Shown: piece by piece, positions 16,832 to 33,704 of the stretch
How positions within the stretch are numbered: the stretch's first letter is position 1
Layout of the letters: every line of letters starts with the position of its first letter
DNA from: Salpingoeca rosetta
Lineage: Eukaryota > Protista > Choanoflagellata
NCBI GenBank assembly: GCA_033442325.1
Contig: JAWQFM010000001.1
Coordinates: 288,374-352,373, forward strand
Length of the DNA: 64,000 nucleotides
Reading direction: 5' to 3'
Translations under genes and position numbers: made by a program
Notes under the pieces: generated by a model
What the model saw: only the letters and a program-made list of their open reading frames with translations
Database searches by the model: none
Told to the model about the DNA's origin: nothing

Positions 16832-17940
16832 CACATGCACATACATACGCAGACGCACACGCACAGTGGGTGTACCTTGAAGAGCGCGATGCCAAGGAGG
16901 GCGAATATGTAGTAGGTGGCGAGCAGAACACCCAGCAGGCCAGGGAGCTGACTCAGCACGCGCGCCACAGACGTGAACATCAACCTGTGCACACAACGCA
17001 GGCCAAACGTGTTTCAGGTGGACATGAAGATACGCATGAAAAAGGTGAGCTGACAGCATGGCATGTGCAGCAGAACCAAGCGTGTGCTGGCGGCAACAGG
17101 GCACCACCACGATGGCACAGATGTAATGTGAATGTCATGTGTGCTTGTGCTTGTGTGCTTGTGCTTGTGTGCGTGTGTGCGTGTGTGCTTGTGTGTGTGT
17201 GTGACAAGAGAAGGGAATGTGACCTGAAGAGGGCGACGCGTGCGAGCATTCTTCCAAGTCGCATGATGCGACAGATGAGGAGCGCGCGCGCAAACGCCAG
17301 TGGTATCAGCTGTTTGCAAACACGTCCAACGCGCATTCGATAGTGTGGTTTGGAAGTGGAAAAGAGAGGAGAAGACAAGGTGTGGTGTAACGCACAGCGG
17401 TGAGCACCGGGGGAGAGGCATAACCCTGAGCGTGTGTGTGTGTGTGCAGACGTGTGTGTGTATGTTTTGATTCTCTGTGTTCGCGTTGCTCGTGCTGCTT
17501 GCACCATCATCCCGGCAGCAGTGCGAGGGACAATACAATGCAACACGCCATTAATATTCAGCTCGTAGTCCCAGCGTACCTGTGACGTGCCGTTGAAGGC
17601 GTCGACCTGCCCGATGAAGATGGCAACCACAAGTAGCATGTCCACAAGCGCTGTGGCAGAGGCAAGACGTGCATTGCGAGGGTGACGTTAAGGACAGAGA
17701 GAGGGAGAGAGGAGGAGGGGGGTAGCAGCGAGCTACACACCCGTCAACACAGAAATGGAGGCAACATGCAGATACAGAGTCAGGTGCACGCACAACCACA
17801 CACGCACTTGTGACTGCATGCACACATGAAATGCACGCACACAGACACAGACACAGACACAGACACACGCGCACGCACGCACACACACACAACTAAACAG
17901 ACACACAGACGCACACACACACAACTAAACAGACACACAG

Positions 17941-17996
<56 letters not shown>

Positions 17997-19126
17997 CTTA
18001 TCGCACCGAGCGGGTTGCGGAGAATGCGCCGCCAGCCGAGGGCGGTGGTGGTGATGAGGAGTTCCAGCAGATAGACGATGGCACACGCGAGATACACGCC
18101 GCAATATGGCGCACACACGACCGCCTTCTCCGGCGGCGATGCTGTGAGGTCGACAGCCAGCACAATGAGATTCACCACTAGCACAGCGTCTGCGGTGGCA
18201 GCGAGCCACCCGAGGTCGCACATGCGATACAGCCAGGGGAGGTGTGTGCGCACCCACGTGCGTGTGGGTCGCACGCGCTCTACTTTCAGCAGCATGAGCT
18301 CGAACATGTATGTAAACTCGTGCACGTTGATGGTGCCCGTGTTGTTCTTGTCGAGCAGCGACAGCAGGACGCCAATCAGCCTGTCGTCAACGTGCCACAC
18401 GGACTTGAGGAGGGCACGCATCGTGGCCTGCACGTTGATGTGGTGGCGGTTTTGATGGTGGTGATGGCGATGGTGGCGGTGGTGAGCGGTGGAGAAGGTA
18501 CATGGGTACTTACGCACACGCACGCACACACACACACACACACACTAGAAAACGAACGAGTCAGCAGTCAACCAACAGCTCGTACAAAGTCGATGAGGCC
18601 GCTTGCGACATTCTGCGAGACGCGATCGAGGCAGAGGAACGCCAGGCGAAACGCTGTTCGGCGCTGCGCAAACCGGTGACGTGACACCTGATGCGCATTT
18701 GCAATCACATGGGTGGTGAGGCGTGTACTCGTTCGTATACTTTCTTTGGTTGGTTGGTTGTTTGTTTGTTTGTTTGTTTGTTTGTTTGTTTGTTTGTTTG
18801 TTTGTTTGTTTGTTTGTTTGTTTGTTTGTTTGTTTGTTTGTTTGTTTGTTTGTTTGTTTGTGTGTGTTTATGTGTGTTTGTGTGTGTATGTGTGCGCATG
18901 TCTGAACACGTGGGTATGTGCGTGTGTGCGTACTTGGTTCATGTAGACGACGCTGCGGTTGTAGATGGTGGCGAGGACAATGCCCAAGATGAGGACCGTG
19001 CTGAGGATCGACAGCGCGAAGAAAAATATTACAGACAGCGACCTGGAGATTGATGAAAAAGACAACCGCAAGAGCACAGGATGGCTCGTGGTGTGAGACG
19101 CAAGCATTCATATGAAGCCCCGATTC

Positions 19127-19211
<85 letters not shown>

Positions 19212-20716
19212 CACGCGCATACGTCTGGTTGAGGGACGGCAGCATGACATCTGGGCTGTTGGATCCGGAGGTGAACACGAGCAGCGCTTCAAGCGCATCG
19301 GAGAAGGTGGAGAAGTTGGGCTGTCGCGAACACATGTGGGTGATGATGCTGGTGAGGGTGAGTGTGGGGATAATTCGTGTCGCCAAGCAGCCACTGACTG
19401 GCAGCACTTTTGCAAACACAGACACGCAGACACACAGACATACACGGGCACAGGCACACATGCACACATGCACACACACATCACACATCACACATCACAC
19501 ATACACACAAACAAACAACCAATGCAGATGCACACACCACAGCCAAGCGCGTACGTCTGAAGGGAAGATGATCATGGCCATGAGGGCGGCGGCGGCATTG
19601 AGGATGGTGAGCAGGACGATGTGGGGCACAACATCGCGCAGACTCCACGCCAGCGTGGTGGCAATGAGGGTCATATCTGGCCAGCGTATGCTGAGGTAGA
19701 CAGGGCGCAGCAGCCTGTGCCATGCTGGGGCTGCCGCTATCGCCATATTAAGGACACAGCCAATTAGCCCCGCTGTTGTTGCGCCGGCATACACGAGCTC
19801 AAGCGGTTGCATCTGTAATACAAGCAGGCGAAATCAGAAGGAGGAAGGAGGAGAAGAAGGGTGGTGTGCGGGAAACACCCGTTCAATCGCATTGGTGCAT
19901 ACCCGGGCACCAACACACAGAGATGGAGACAGACAGACAGACACACACACACACACACAAAGACACACACACGCACACACACGCACACACACAGACATGC
20001 GCCCACCTTGTAGAACATCCACCCTGTCATGCTGTAGCGGAGATACGCGTCAACCCCCAGCACAAGCAGCGACACGACCTCGATGGCAGTAGGCACAATG
20101 TCGCGGCGGCGCAGCGTGCTTGGCGAGAAGAACGCCTGCGGGTTCTCGTAGAACACCAACGTGGCGTTGACGAGCGTGATGAGCAGCAGCACAGCCTGCA
20201 CCCCGCGTGAGAAGTACCATCGCCGCAAGTTGAGGGCTTTGGTATCCTGCCTGTTGGGAATGAATGTGTATACACACAGACACACACAGACACACACACA
20301 CACACACAGACACAGACACACACACACGTGTACCACAGTTGTGCCCACATGTCACGTGCCAAGTTGAGTTGGTTGGGCGACGCAGCGTGCAGCAGCAAGG
20401 TACGTTACCAACTGGCAGTGCGTGCAAGGGGTCCAAGTAGGCCTCGTCATTGGGGCAGGCCGATCAAAGCGCACCTGTGGGCCATGGGTCGAAGAGCACA
20501 GGCATCCTCCACAAAGACGGTTGCGCGAAGCAGCATCAGGTGGAACGAGTGGACGTCATCCGTGTCGGAAGTGAGCATTCGGCCATGCCGATGCTGTCTG
20601 CCGGCAAACGTGGGGTGTTCTTCGTCATGGCGTTGGGGATCGCTGCCGAGTAAAGGTGCACGTTCAGTGCTGCCATTGTCGTGGTGCGCCGGCATTGTGT
20701 TCACTCCTGATGACAT
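14114..20716 (-). CDS. TPCN: Two-pore channel (TPC / TPC-related), 2x6TM; multi-exon
   Basis: N-terminal dileucine 'ERAPLL' and 'RATVFVEDA' (TPC AxxFIEDA-like). Domain I: S1-S4 'WYFSRGV...FYENP', 'RLLRP', pore I 'FSTFSDALEALLVFTSGSNSPDVMLP'. EF-hand linker. Domain II: S4 'RIMRLGR', 'NFDT|FGQACISLW', S6 'YFMAWLLVSYLLILNVFFAFLIDS'. A long acidic C-tail ends at the stop at 14114. Confidence 0.9.
18757..18860 (+). repeat. (TTTG)n tetranucleotide microsatellite in a TPC intron
   Basis: Directly visible. A similar (CAAA)n run lies at ~8268-8325 in a PLC intron. Confidence 0.95.
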
Positions 20717-20927
20717 CAAGATCATACTGGAGGCGTGAATGATGTGCCACCACCGTCGACAACTGCACCACACCCAAGCACGTCTTGATGCACTGACATC
20801 ATCCGATCCGCACACAACACTGCTTCTCTGTGTTTGTTCACCTGCGTGTATGTGTCAACGAGGGCGCGCTGCATGCGTGTTGCGTTGAGCCAAGGGATGA
20901 GGCCTGGCAAGCGCAGCACGCGCACAC

Positions 20928-20969
<42 letters not shown>

Positions 20970-21145
20970 CTCCACCTCCACCAGCGGCACAAGCTACGCC
21001 AGCGCCAACACTGCCTGTGCAGACAGCAGTTGCAGCAGTTGCAGCAGCGCGAAGCAGAGCAACACTTGTCTTCCTCATCGCCCACACACAAACAAGACAG
21101 CAGCGGCAAAAACTGATTTCAGTGTTGCGGGTGACAAGGGCAGAT

Positions 21146-22024
21146 ATGCAGGCAACAACAGCAGCAGCAGCTGGTGGCGGGAGTGGGAGAGCAGAAGGGA
21201 GTGGTGGTGGACAAGAGGCAGCAGGGGAGCAACAAGGAGGGGTGGCAACAGGTGCTGGCAGCGATATCAGTGACACCAGCACTGACAGCAATGAGGCACA
21301 ACAACAGCAACAACAACACAATGGAAATGAAGAAGACGACAATGAGTGGGAGGTTCGTTTGATTGATTGATTGTGTGCGTGTGTGTGCATGAGTTTGGGT
21401 GTGCGCGTGTGTGCATGTGTGTGTGTGTGATGGTCACATCACGTGTGGATCTTGCTTGACAATCGCATTCTGTCACACATGCCAGAGTCACATCACATTT
21501 CACACATGCACATGACTGCTCGCCTCCGCATCCCCGTCACCACTCGATGTACCATTTAGACGGAGTACGTGGTTGCCACGGTGCACAATTCAAAGTATGC
21601 TGGCCTGAATCTTCGACCAGAGACCTTCAAAGTCGTGGTATGTTGCGCACACCTGCAGGTTTTCATCTGGTGCCACCTTCCTTCTCGTGCTTGCATGTGT
21701 TGTTCTTGTTGCGTGTGCTGCAACGTATTCGGTGTTGTTGGAAAGGTGCTCAACACACGACAACACGGGCACTGCCCTACAGCCAGTCTCGTTCATGTGT
21801 GAGAGTGTACATGCTCACCACCATTGCTGATTCCTTTCTCTGTGTGCTTGGTTCATGCACAATTCCCTTGTTGGTGGGATTTTGTGTTGACAGGGTGCGC
21901 ACACAGCGCAGCCCGTGTTTCGCATGGGATCAGACGTGTTTGTTGGACAGTACTCAGGTACAGGGAAACATGAAGTTGTGTGTGTAGCTGTGCGTGTAGC
22001 TGTGCGTGTAGCTGTGCGTGTAGC

Positions 22025-22067
<43 letters not shown>

Positions 22068-22359
22068 CTGTGTGTGTAGCTGTGTGTGCGGTCTTCATGC
22101 GTCGTTCGTGTGCCCTTCTCACTGACATGTCTCTCCGCACCGCTACGTTCCCTCATCTTCTCACCCACCGGGCAGAGGCGTTTGGGACCAACCTCATCTT
22201 GCAAGCAACACAAGCAGGTTGACGGCGCGCGCGAGTGTGTGTGTGTGTGTGTTTGTTTGTTTGTTTGTTTGCAAACCCGTGTGCGAGCTGCACGCTTGGA
22301 ACTGAACGGCTGTGATGCTCAGCAGTGCACGCCTTGCCCCGATGTCTCTCCAGCCTCTC

Positions 22360-22438
<79 letters not shown>

Positions 22439-22604
22439 ACATTCACACAACACAAACGCAGAGGCAACTGGGCGGACAGAGTGGAAGTATCTTGGGCGAG
22501 GCATCGAGACCATGACGCTACTGAGGGCAGAGCTGCACGAGGTGGAGGAAGAGGAAGAGGAAGAGGAAGAGGAGGGCAGCGATGAACCAGCGCAATCGGA
22601 ATGA
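21146..22604 (+). CDS. GTF3C6: TFIIIC subunit 6 (GTF3C6 / tau35-like)
   Basis: Stitched exons read 'EEDDNEWE|TEYVVATVHNSKY...FKVV|GAHTAQPVFRMGSDVFVGQYS|EAFGTNLILQA|...WKYLGRGIETMTLLRAELHEVEEEE*'. This matches the TFIIIC_sub6 pattern: acidic run, YVV, GIDTxxP.LQ, FxGxYxDxxGTxxIF. Confidence 0.7.
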
Positions 22605-22715
22605 TACAGCCGATAGGACACAGCAGCCTTCTCACTTTCCCTCCACCATCTTTATCATCTCTTTGCCTCTTCAGCAACAACCTGCCTTTGCTCGTGTCAT
22701 CTCAACATCATCTGT

Positions 22716-22747
<32 letters not shown>

Positions 22748-22962
22748 ACACTCTCGCTCTCTCTTTTGACTGTCTTCCCTTCCTTTTCTGAGTTATGCTG
22801 GCCCGCCGTTACACCCCTCACTTGGCGCCTTGCTTCGATGCTACCAAGCCCATTGCAACTTGTCGCTCGTACACACACACACACACGCACACACACACAC
22901 GCACACACACACACACGCACACACACATCGGGGCACCTGCGATACTTGACGTTCGCCCACGA

Positions 22963-24754
<1,792 letters not shown>

Positions 24755-24969
24755 CCACAGCACAGAGATTGAGTGTGTGAGTGTGTATGTCTTATGTGTG
24801 TGGGTGTGTGTGTGCTGCGAGGCACCACAGTACAGCAGCAGAACCAAATGTCTCGTCTTGCTTCTTGCTTGCTTGCCTTTGTTTGTTTTGATTTCCCTCC
24901 TGTCATCATCATCATTTCATGGTTGCGCAAGAAGCAAGAAAGCGACAAGCAAGCAATCGTGGGGAGGGG

Positions 24970-26455
24970 ATGGCTCGGGGAGGGTTATGGCACATGTTCC
25001 GTCGCTTCCGCGACCCGTGGCAAGGCAAGGCCGTCAGCTTTGGCCAGCTCTCAAGAGGGCTGACGCTGCCCTGGTCCTTCCAGCCGCCACCAACGAAGGC
25101 GGCAGCTGCAACGAGCACGCACAACAACGATGCCACACACACTGCTGTTGCTTATGATGGGGACGAGAGTGCTGCTGTTGGGGACGAGAGTGCTGCTGCT
25201 GGACGAAGCGCAGGGGATGAGCGGCCTCGCACTGATGCTGAACTCATGGAAGCCGTTGAGAAGCAAGGCAACTTGAAGCTCAACGTCAACCTCCACCAGT
25301 TGCGCACAGGCTTCCTCACCGCCTTCAAAACGCTCGTCACTGCACTCAACACCCACGGTGCGACACAGTGTGAGTGTGTGTGTGTGAGTGTGTGTGTGTG
25401 TGTGTGTGTTGATGTCATTCTACGCGCGCCTGCTTCTGTTGCACACTTACCGTACTTGCTTACTTGCTGCCTTTTCGCTTGTCTTCCTGCGCTTCACGCC
25501 AGCCCTCGTCGACGATCCCATGGTTTCCCCCAGGCTGGGACGATTCCTGGACGACTGGCGCCGTGCGTACATCATGCACGGTGTCTTGCCAACGATCAAG
25601 GTGAGCATATGTGTATGTTGAGCCAGCAATCGTCCCACGTCTGTGAGTGTGTGCGAGTGTGTGTGTGTGTGTGTGCGCATGTGTCTGTGCGTGCATGATC
25701 TGAAGCCCACTCACACCGTCGGTTGACTGACGATGTAGGTGCTGGAAGATCCTGAGCCACAACTTCTGCGCCTTCGGGTCCGCCGTGGGTCTTGTGATAG
25801 GCGGAATAAGGTCTTCTTTGGCCTGTTCTCCCCGGAGGAAGTCAGGTAAGCAAGCCATCACCGCGTGCCTGCGCCACTGTGATGCGACATGACCAAGCGA
25901 CCGCCACAACTCCCCTGCACATCTGAACATAAGCACACACACACTCTCTTTCTTTCTCCCTCAAAAGCACACACACACACACACACACACACATGCACAC
26001 GCATGCACATTCCTGTGTGTCTTTGCCCAACGTTCAGACACCACTTGATGGAAGGGGCATTGGGTCCTGAGTATCAGCTGGCCAGCCGGTTACACCAGCA
26101 CGGCCCACAGCGGCTGGTTGCACGCGTTGCCTTCCAGCACACTTACTCGTGGTCGTACACGCCGCTGAAGGAGTCCGTGGCACTGGTGCGCGAACTCACG
26201 GGCGAGCAGCCGCCGCTCGACGCACACGACACACAGACCGGTGCCATCAGTCGCCCGCGAGCAAAGGGATGGGAGAGGCAACGCGGCAAGAATGGCGAGG
26301 CACAGAAGCCGTCAGCCCACAAGGCCAGCGCGGCGGCAAAGTCGCACGCGCCGTCGCTCATCGCCAAGGTCTGGTCGTGGCTCATGGCCAGACCAAGCAA
26401 GCCAGCCTCAGCAACCAAGTCTTCAACTGCCCTATCTCCACGTCAACAACACCAA

Positions 26456-26490
<35 letters not shown>

Positions 26491-26653
26491 GCAGCAGCAA
26501 CAACAGCGCGGCAGCGAGGTGTTGCAGGCACTGCCGCCAGAGACGACATCAAGTTGCATCGTGCACGAGTGGGAGTTTGAGGGCGACATTGTGGGAGATG
26601 AGGTCGTGGGCTGGCAGATACGCAACATCAACAACGTCATATTCGCAGTGTAG
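24970..26653 (+). CDS. Tim44/Mba1/MAIP1-like (NTF2-like fold) protein, possibly mitochondrial
   Basis: Arg-rich N-terminus '[14 protein letters not shown]', '[13 protein letters not shown]', and C-terminal 'HEWEFEG...WQIRNIN', which resembles the end of Tim44-like domains. Four exons with consistent phases. Confidence 0.45.
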
Positions 26654-26795
26654 TCTGCGTGCATGGCCGTTGTGTGTGTGTCTGTGTGTGTGTGCGTGCG
26701 TGTGTGTGGGCGCGCGCGTGTGTGTGTGTGTTCGTGTGTGTGTCTGTGTGTGTGTGTGCGTGCGTGTGTGTGGGCGCGCGCGTGTGTGTGTGTGT

Positions 26796-26832
<37 letters not shown>

Positions 26833-27051
26833 TGAGTGTGTGTGTGTGTTTTCCCCCTCTGTCTTCCATGAAGCATGAAAGGTTCTTGTGAGTTAGATAG
26901 ATTCGTGTATGTATGGGCTGTTACAGCATGGTGTAAGGCAGGTGTTACAAGTCCCCACGAATAAAGGAAAGAGCAACAGAGGGCATGCAGGGAACAAGCA
27001 GCATCTGTTGCAGCACAACCTCGCAGTCGGATCCCAGCACGCCACCTCCAA

Positions 27052-27693
27052 TCACTCGCTGTGTTGGCTGTGGTTCTTTGCAACGTGCACGATCCATGAA
27101 GGATAGCCACCCCGCACGCACTCCACATCACAATCTCCACGGCGTGCATCGCCACTCTTGGCGTCAACATCAGCACCAGCGTCAACATCAGCATCGTCAC
27201 CGTCATCGCCAGCGGGACGGAGAGATGTGGGCGCACTGTCAAGCAGCAATGTGGCCAGGGGTTCGAGATCATGTGCAACCGCCTGCAACGCAGCTCTGCT
27301 GCCGCTCTCAAAGCACACGGAGTGCCATTGCTGGACTGGTGCTTGTGGGTCAGGCGATGAGATCTTGGTTGCATCTGCACTCAACACAGCATCTAGCTGA
27401 GCAAGCCAGCTGTCTAAGTCGCGCACTGCTTCCAGTGCCATGGCAGGAATAGTCTGTGGCAGCACATTGATGACAGCATGCTCCACATGCACGTCTGCCG
27501 CATGAGGATGACGTGAAGAGACGCGAGCCTTTGCAGTCGTGACAAACGACGACCAGTCAGCGCGCACGCCCGGGTGGCCTTTCTTTCTCAACTTCTTTGT
27601 CTTCACCTTCGTCTTTGACCACAGCTCTGACCCGGTTGCATCGTCCACGTCGAGTCGTTCCTTCACTTCTACTCGATCCATGCGCCCGCCACG
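27052..27693 (-). CDS. CYTH-like (triphosphate tunnel) domain protein, bacterial-type; 5' part not found, probably in or beyond the N gap
   Basis: A single long exon reads 'RGGRMDRVEVKER...ELWSK...TTAKAR...VEHAVINV...WHSVCFE...GGYPSWI'. This recalls the motif order of uncharacterised bacterial CYTH-like proteins (xEVKxR, ExWxK, KxR, WxSxxFE, GYPxWI). Confidence 0.5.
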   Translation of the reverse strand, partial: RGGRMDRVEVKERLDVDDATGSELWSKTKVKTKKLRKKGHPGVRADWSSFVTTAKARVSSRHPHAADVHVEHAVINVLPQTIPAMALEAVRDLDSWLAQLDAVLSADATKISSPDPQAPVQQWHSVCFESGSRAALQAVAHDLEPLATLLLDSAPTSLRPAGDDGDDADVDAGADVDAKSGDARRGDCDVECVRGGYPSWIVHVAKNHSQHSE

Positions 27694-27710
27694 CTGCGCA
27701 TTGTGTTTGA

Positions 27711-27780
<70 letters not shown>

Positions 27781-27801
27781 CGTGCGTGTGTGTGTGTGTG
27801 C

Positions 27802-27901
27802 NNNNNNNNNNNNNNNNNNNNNNNNNNNNNNNNNNNNNNNNNNNNNNNNNNNNNNNNNNNNNNNNNNNNNNNNNNNNNNNNNNNNNNNNNNNNNNNNNNN
27901 N
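27802..27901. other. Assembly gap (100 N)
   Basis: N run adjacent to a (TG)n tract. Confidence 1.
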
Positions 27902-28444
27902 CCACGGATCCCACCCACAATCAATCAAATCACCGCCATGTGACCGCCATCCCACCGCCACACACACCTCCTCCCAGCACATCGTGCCGGGTTGTCACTG
28001 GACCGAGACGTGTTGGCTGTGGCTGCCCAACCAACCAACCAACCAACCAACCAACAAGCCATTCTCTGCACCACTCTCATCTCAACTTCAAGGTCAACTT
28101 CACGCCAACAAGCAAGCAAGAAGGCAAGAGAGAGCGAGACTCCACACCACATGTCCTGGTCCGTTGTTGCGTCCGGGCCCCCCGCTGTTGTCCCTGTTGG
28201 TGACATTTCGTTTCGACACCCACGCTGCTCACACTGCCATCATTCTCCTTTGCCTTTGCCTTGCTTGCTTGCTTGGATCGATCGTGTTCTGTTGTCTGTA
28301 GTTTGTTCAAGTCGTGTTGTGTCGTGGTTGCTGTCATCGACGTCGTCGCTTACCCCTCTCCCTACATCTCTCCTTCTCCCTTCCCTCTTCCTCCCCTCCC
28401 TCTTCCTCCCCCTTCTTCCTCTCCCTCTCCCTTCAACAACAGCC

Positions 28445-31275
<2,831 letters not shown>

Positions 31276-31672
31276 GCCCGCAGTATGCGGATGATGGGCG
31301 ATGGATGCTGGATGTGGCATGACTCTTGCTCATTGTGTGTTTTCCTGTGATCATATTGTCAAGCAAAACAAGTGAAGCAAGCAAGTATGCAAATGGGGCA
31401 AACCGCACAAGACGTGCCTGCAGGCAAGGCGAAGCAGAAGTGCTTCAAGGAAATGAAGAGGAGGAGAGAAGTCACAGGCAAGAGGTGGGCGATGAAATGT
31501 AACAATGAAGGCAGGTGTGGTTGGTGATGTGAATCGCATCCATCCATCCAGTACAGAGCAGCACGCATCCACCCAGCGCATGCACAACCCCACCAACAAA
31601 AAGAGAGGGGCAAGGGCCAGATGGTCAAGAGAGAAGAATCCATGACTGCTGATGGTGTTGTCACGACTGCTG

Positions 31673-33571
31673 TCACGACTGCTGCTGCTGATGGTGGTGG
31701 TGGTGGTGGTGTGCGACGGCTCGCAGGGTGGAGGCCATGTGCGCTGCTGCTGTGCGCATGTCCTCGGACTTCAGGCCAGTGGCGCTCAGAGTGATGGTCA
31801 TGGCGCCCTTGTACGTCGTCACCGCAACATACACGCCGCGCACAAACTGGTGGAACGTGGCTGAGAGCGTGTCGAGAGAACAGCCGAGAGAAGGCAGCGC
31901 CTCCACGCGCCCGACATTGCCCGTGGTGATGGGGCACGGCGCACTGGTGACAGCGGCCTCCACAGCCTTGGCCACGGTGAACGCCGGCATGCGCTCAAAG
32001 ATCCACGCCGCGCTGGCGTATGCCTTGTCTTGCAGGGCGGCGTGCACGCCGTCCATGAACACGCGCGCGCCAGTCCAGAAGTCGGCGCACACAAGCGGCC
32101 GGCCGGCAGCAAGCACCATGGGGTGGGTGGTGGCCACGGCAACAGAGAGGTTGCCAACCATGTCCAGCGGCAGCGACCGGCCCGTGTGGGGCGTGTGCGC
32201 GCGTGCGTCGATGGTGGTGGTGACGGGAACACGGACGGTGCCGTTGGCCTGCATGACTTTGCTGGCGCGTGCAAGTGTGTCTGCGCTGTGCACGACGTGC
32301 TCCCGGTGGGCCATCAGCGCAGCCATGGTGATGGCGCCCGTCACCGTCGTGCCGTGTGCGCGGGCAGCAGCACGCAGGGCGGACACCACGTCTTTTTCCA
32401 GCTGACAGCGGGCGACAACGCACCGGCTGGTCTGCGATGGTGGTGGTGCCACCGCATCCTCTGCCCACTGCAGCGCCTTGTTGTCCTTGTCGTGAGCAAG
32501 GAGGTCTCGCATGGCCCCGAGGCCGCCACCAAAGAGGAAGTTGAGCCAGCCCTTCTTCTCCTCAGGCAGGAGGTCCACCAGTCGCGGTGGCGGCAGCCTG
32601 GCCAGCTCTGCATCCAGCGGCAGGGTTGTGCGGGTCAGGTCGTCGTCTTCCTTGCGGACAGAGCTGAGCTGATCGCTGCGCATGCTGTCATCGGCGGCGG
32701 TGTCGGTTGGTGCGGCTATGGCGGATGCGACGGCGCCGAGGTGGAACACCAGCTCCTTGAGCACCTGCACGACACCGCGAAGATCGGCGACAATGTGGGG
32801 TGCGGCAACAGCTATGCGGTATGTGCCATCCTCCTTGGAGCGCACGAGGGCAACGGCGAACAGGGCGCGGTGCGAGGCGTGGAAGTCGAAGGACATGTGC
32901 AGGAAGTCTGCCTCGACATCCTGCAGCGCAGCGTCGGCCGCCTCGCTTGTGGGCGCAGTCTGCATGACCACGGCCTGCGGTGGGATGTAGGGGGAGGGCC
33001 ATGTGTGCACGAGGAACGGCTCATCGAGATCGGCGTCCTTGGCAAGGACGTGCGCGCGCAGGCGGCAGTGCCGCTGCTGCACCCGGTACACGGCTGCGGC
33101 GATGTGGTCCTTTGTGATGTGCTGGTCCAGTGGAATGCGATCGGGATCCACGCGCACCACACCAGATGCAACGAGGTTGGCTGCGCCGTTTCGCGGCAGG
33201 TGCAAGAACACGCTCTCTCCCTGGCTCACTGCTTGCCTGTGCTCCTCATACTGGTGTCTGAGCTGCTGCTGCTGCTGCTGTTGTTCTTGTTGTTGGTGCT
33301 GCTGCTGCTGTGGTGGCGGTGGTGGTAGTGGTGGTGATGACGATGGTGATGGTTGTGAGTTGGACGAGTGCCCTTGCCCTTGTTGCTGCTGCTGTTGTTG
33401 CTGGTGGTGTTTGAGAGTGCCAGTGGCGCCATCACTGTCAGCGCCGCTACCATCATCATTGTCGTCACTGTGCCTCTCTGCGTCCCCTTCCTCCTCGTCC
33501 AGTGGCACCTTCTCTTCTTGCACCTCTGGGCTGCTGCTGGCTGTTGCCACCTCTTCTGCCGCTTCGCTCAT
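31673..33571 (-). CDS. Intronless CoA-dependent acyltransferase (condensation / PapA5 / alcohol-acetyltransferase-like fold)
   Basis: About 630 aa in one exon, with a low-complexity N-terminus. Motifs: 'VQQRHCRLRA', the HxxxD motif 'APHIVADLRG', 'LRAAARAHGTTVTGAI', 'TTIDAR', 'VGN' and 'TGNVG'. Confidence 0.8.
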   Translation of the reverse strand: MSEAAEEVATASSSPEVQEEKVPLDEEEGDAERHSDDNDDGSGADSDGATGTLKHHQQQQQQQQGQGHSSNSQPSPSSSPPLPPPPPQQQQHQQQEQQQQQQQLRHQYEEHRQAVSQGESVFLHLPRNGAANLVASGVVRVDPDRIPLDQHITKDHIAAAVYRVQQRHCRLRAHVLAKDADLDEPFLVHTWPSPYIPPQAVVMQTAPTSEAADAALQDVEADFLHMSFDFHASHRALFAVALVRSKEDGTYRIAVAAPHIVADLRGVVQVLKELVFHLGAVASAIAAPTDTAADDSMRSDQLSSVRKEDDDLTRTTLPLDAELARLPPPRLVDLLPEEKKGWLNFLFGGGLGAMRDLLAHDKDNKALQWAEDAVAPPPSQTSRCVVARCQLEKDVVSALRAAARAHGTTVTGAITMAALMAHREHVVHSADTLARASKVMQANGTVRVPVTTTIDARAHTPHTGRSLPLDMVGNLSVAVATTHPMVLAAGRPLVCADFWTGARVFMDGVHAALQDKAYASAAWIFERMPAFTVAKAVEAAVTSAPCPITTGNVGRVEALPSLGCSLDTLSATFHQFVRGVYVAVTTYKGAMTITLSATGLKSEDMRTAAAHMASTLRAVAHHHHHHHQQQQS

Positions 33572-33704
33572 CTTGGTCGTTGATGACTCATCAACCAATC
33601 ACAGAAGAAGAAGAAGAACAAAAAAAAAAGAAGAAGTGCGCGAACGACCAAGAAGCAAGCGAACGAGCAACCAAGCAGCGAGCAAGACAGACAGAGAAGA
33701 CGGG

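Noticed and set aside
20722-21145. Poly-Ala/Cys ORFs between TPC and GTF3C6
   Set aside because: A (GCT)n repeat in a divergent promoter/UTR region. An N-terminal extension of GTF3C6 cannot be excluded but has no support.
28077-28110. 'GVKL' segment as the missing 5' exon of the CYTH-like gene
   Set aside because: No phase-compatible GT donor. The missing exon more likely lies in the N gap.
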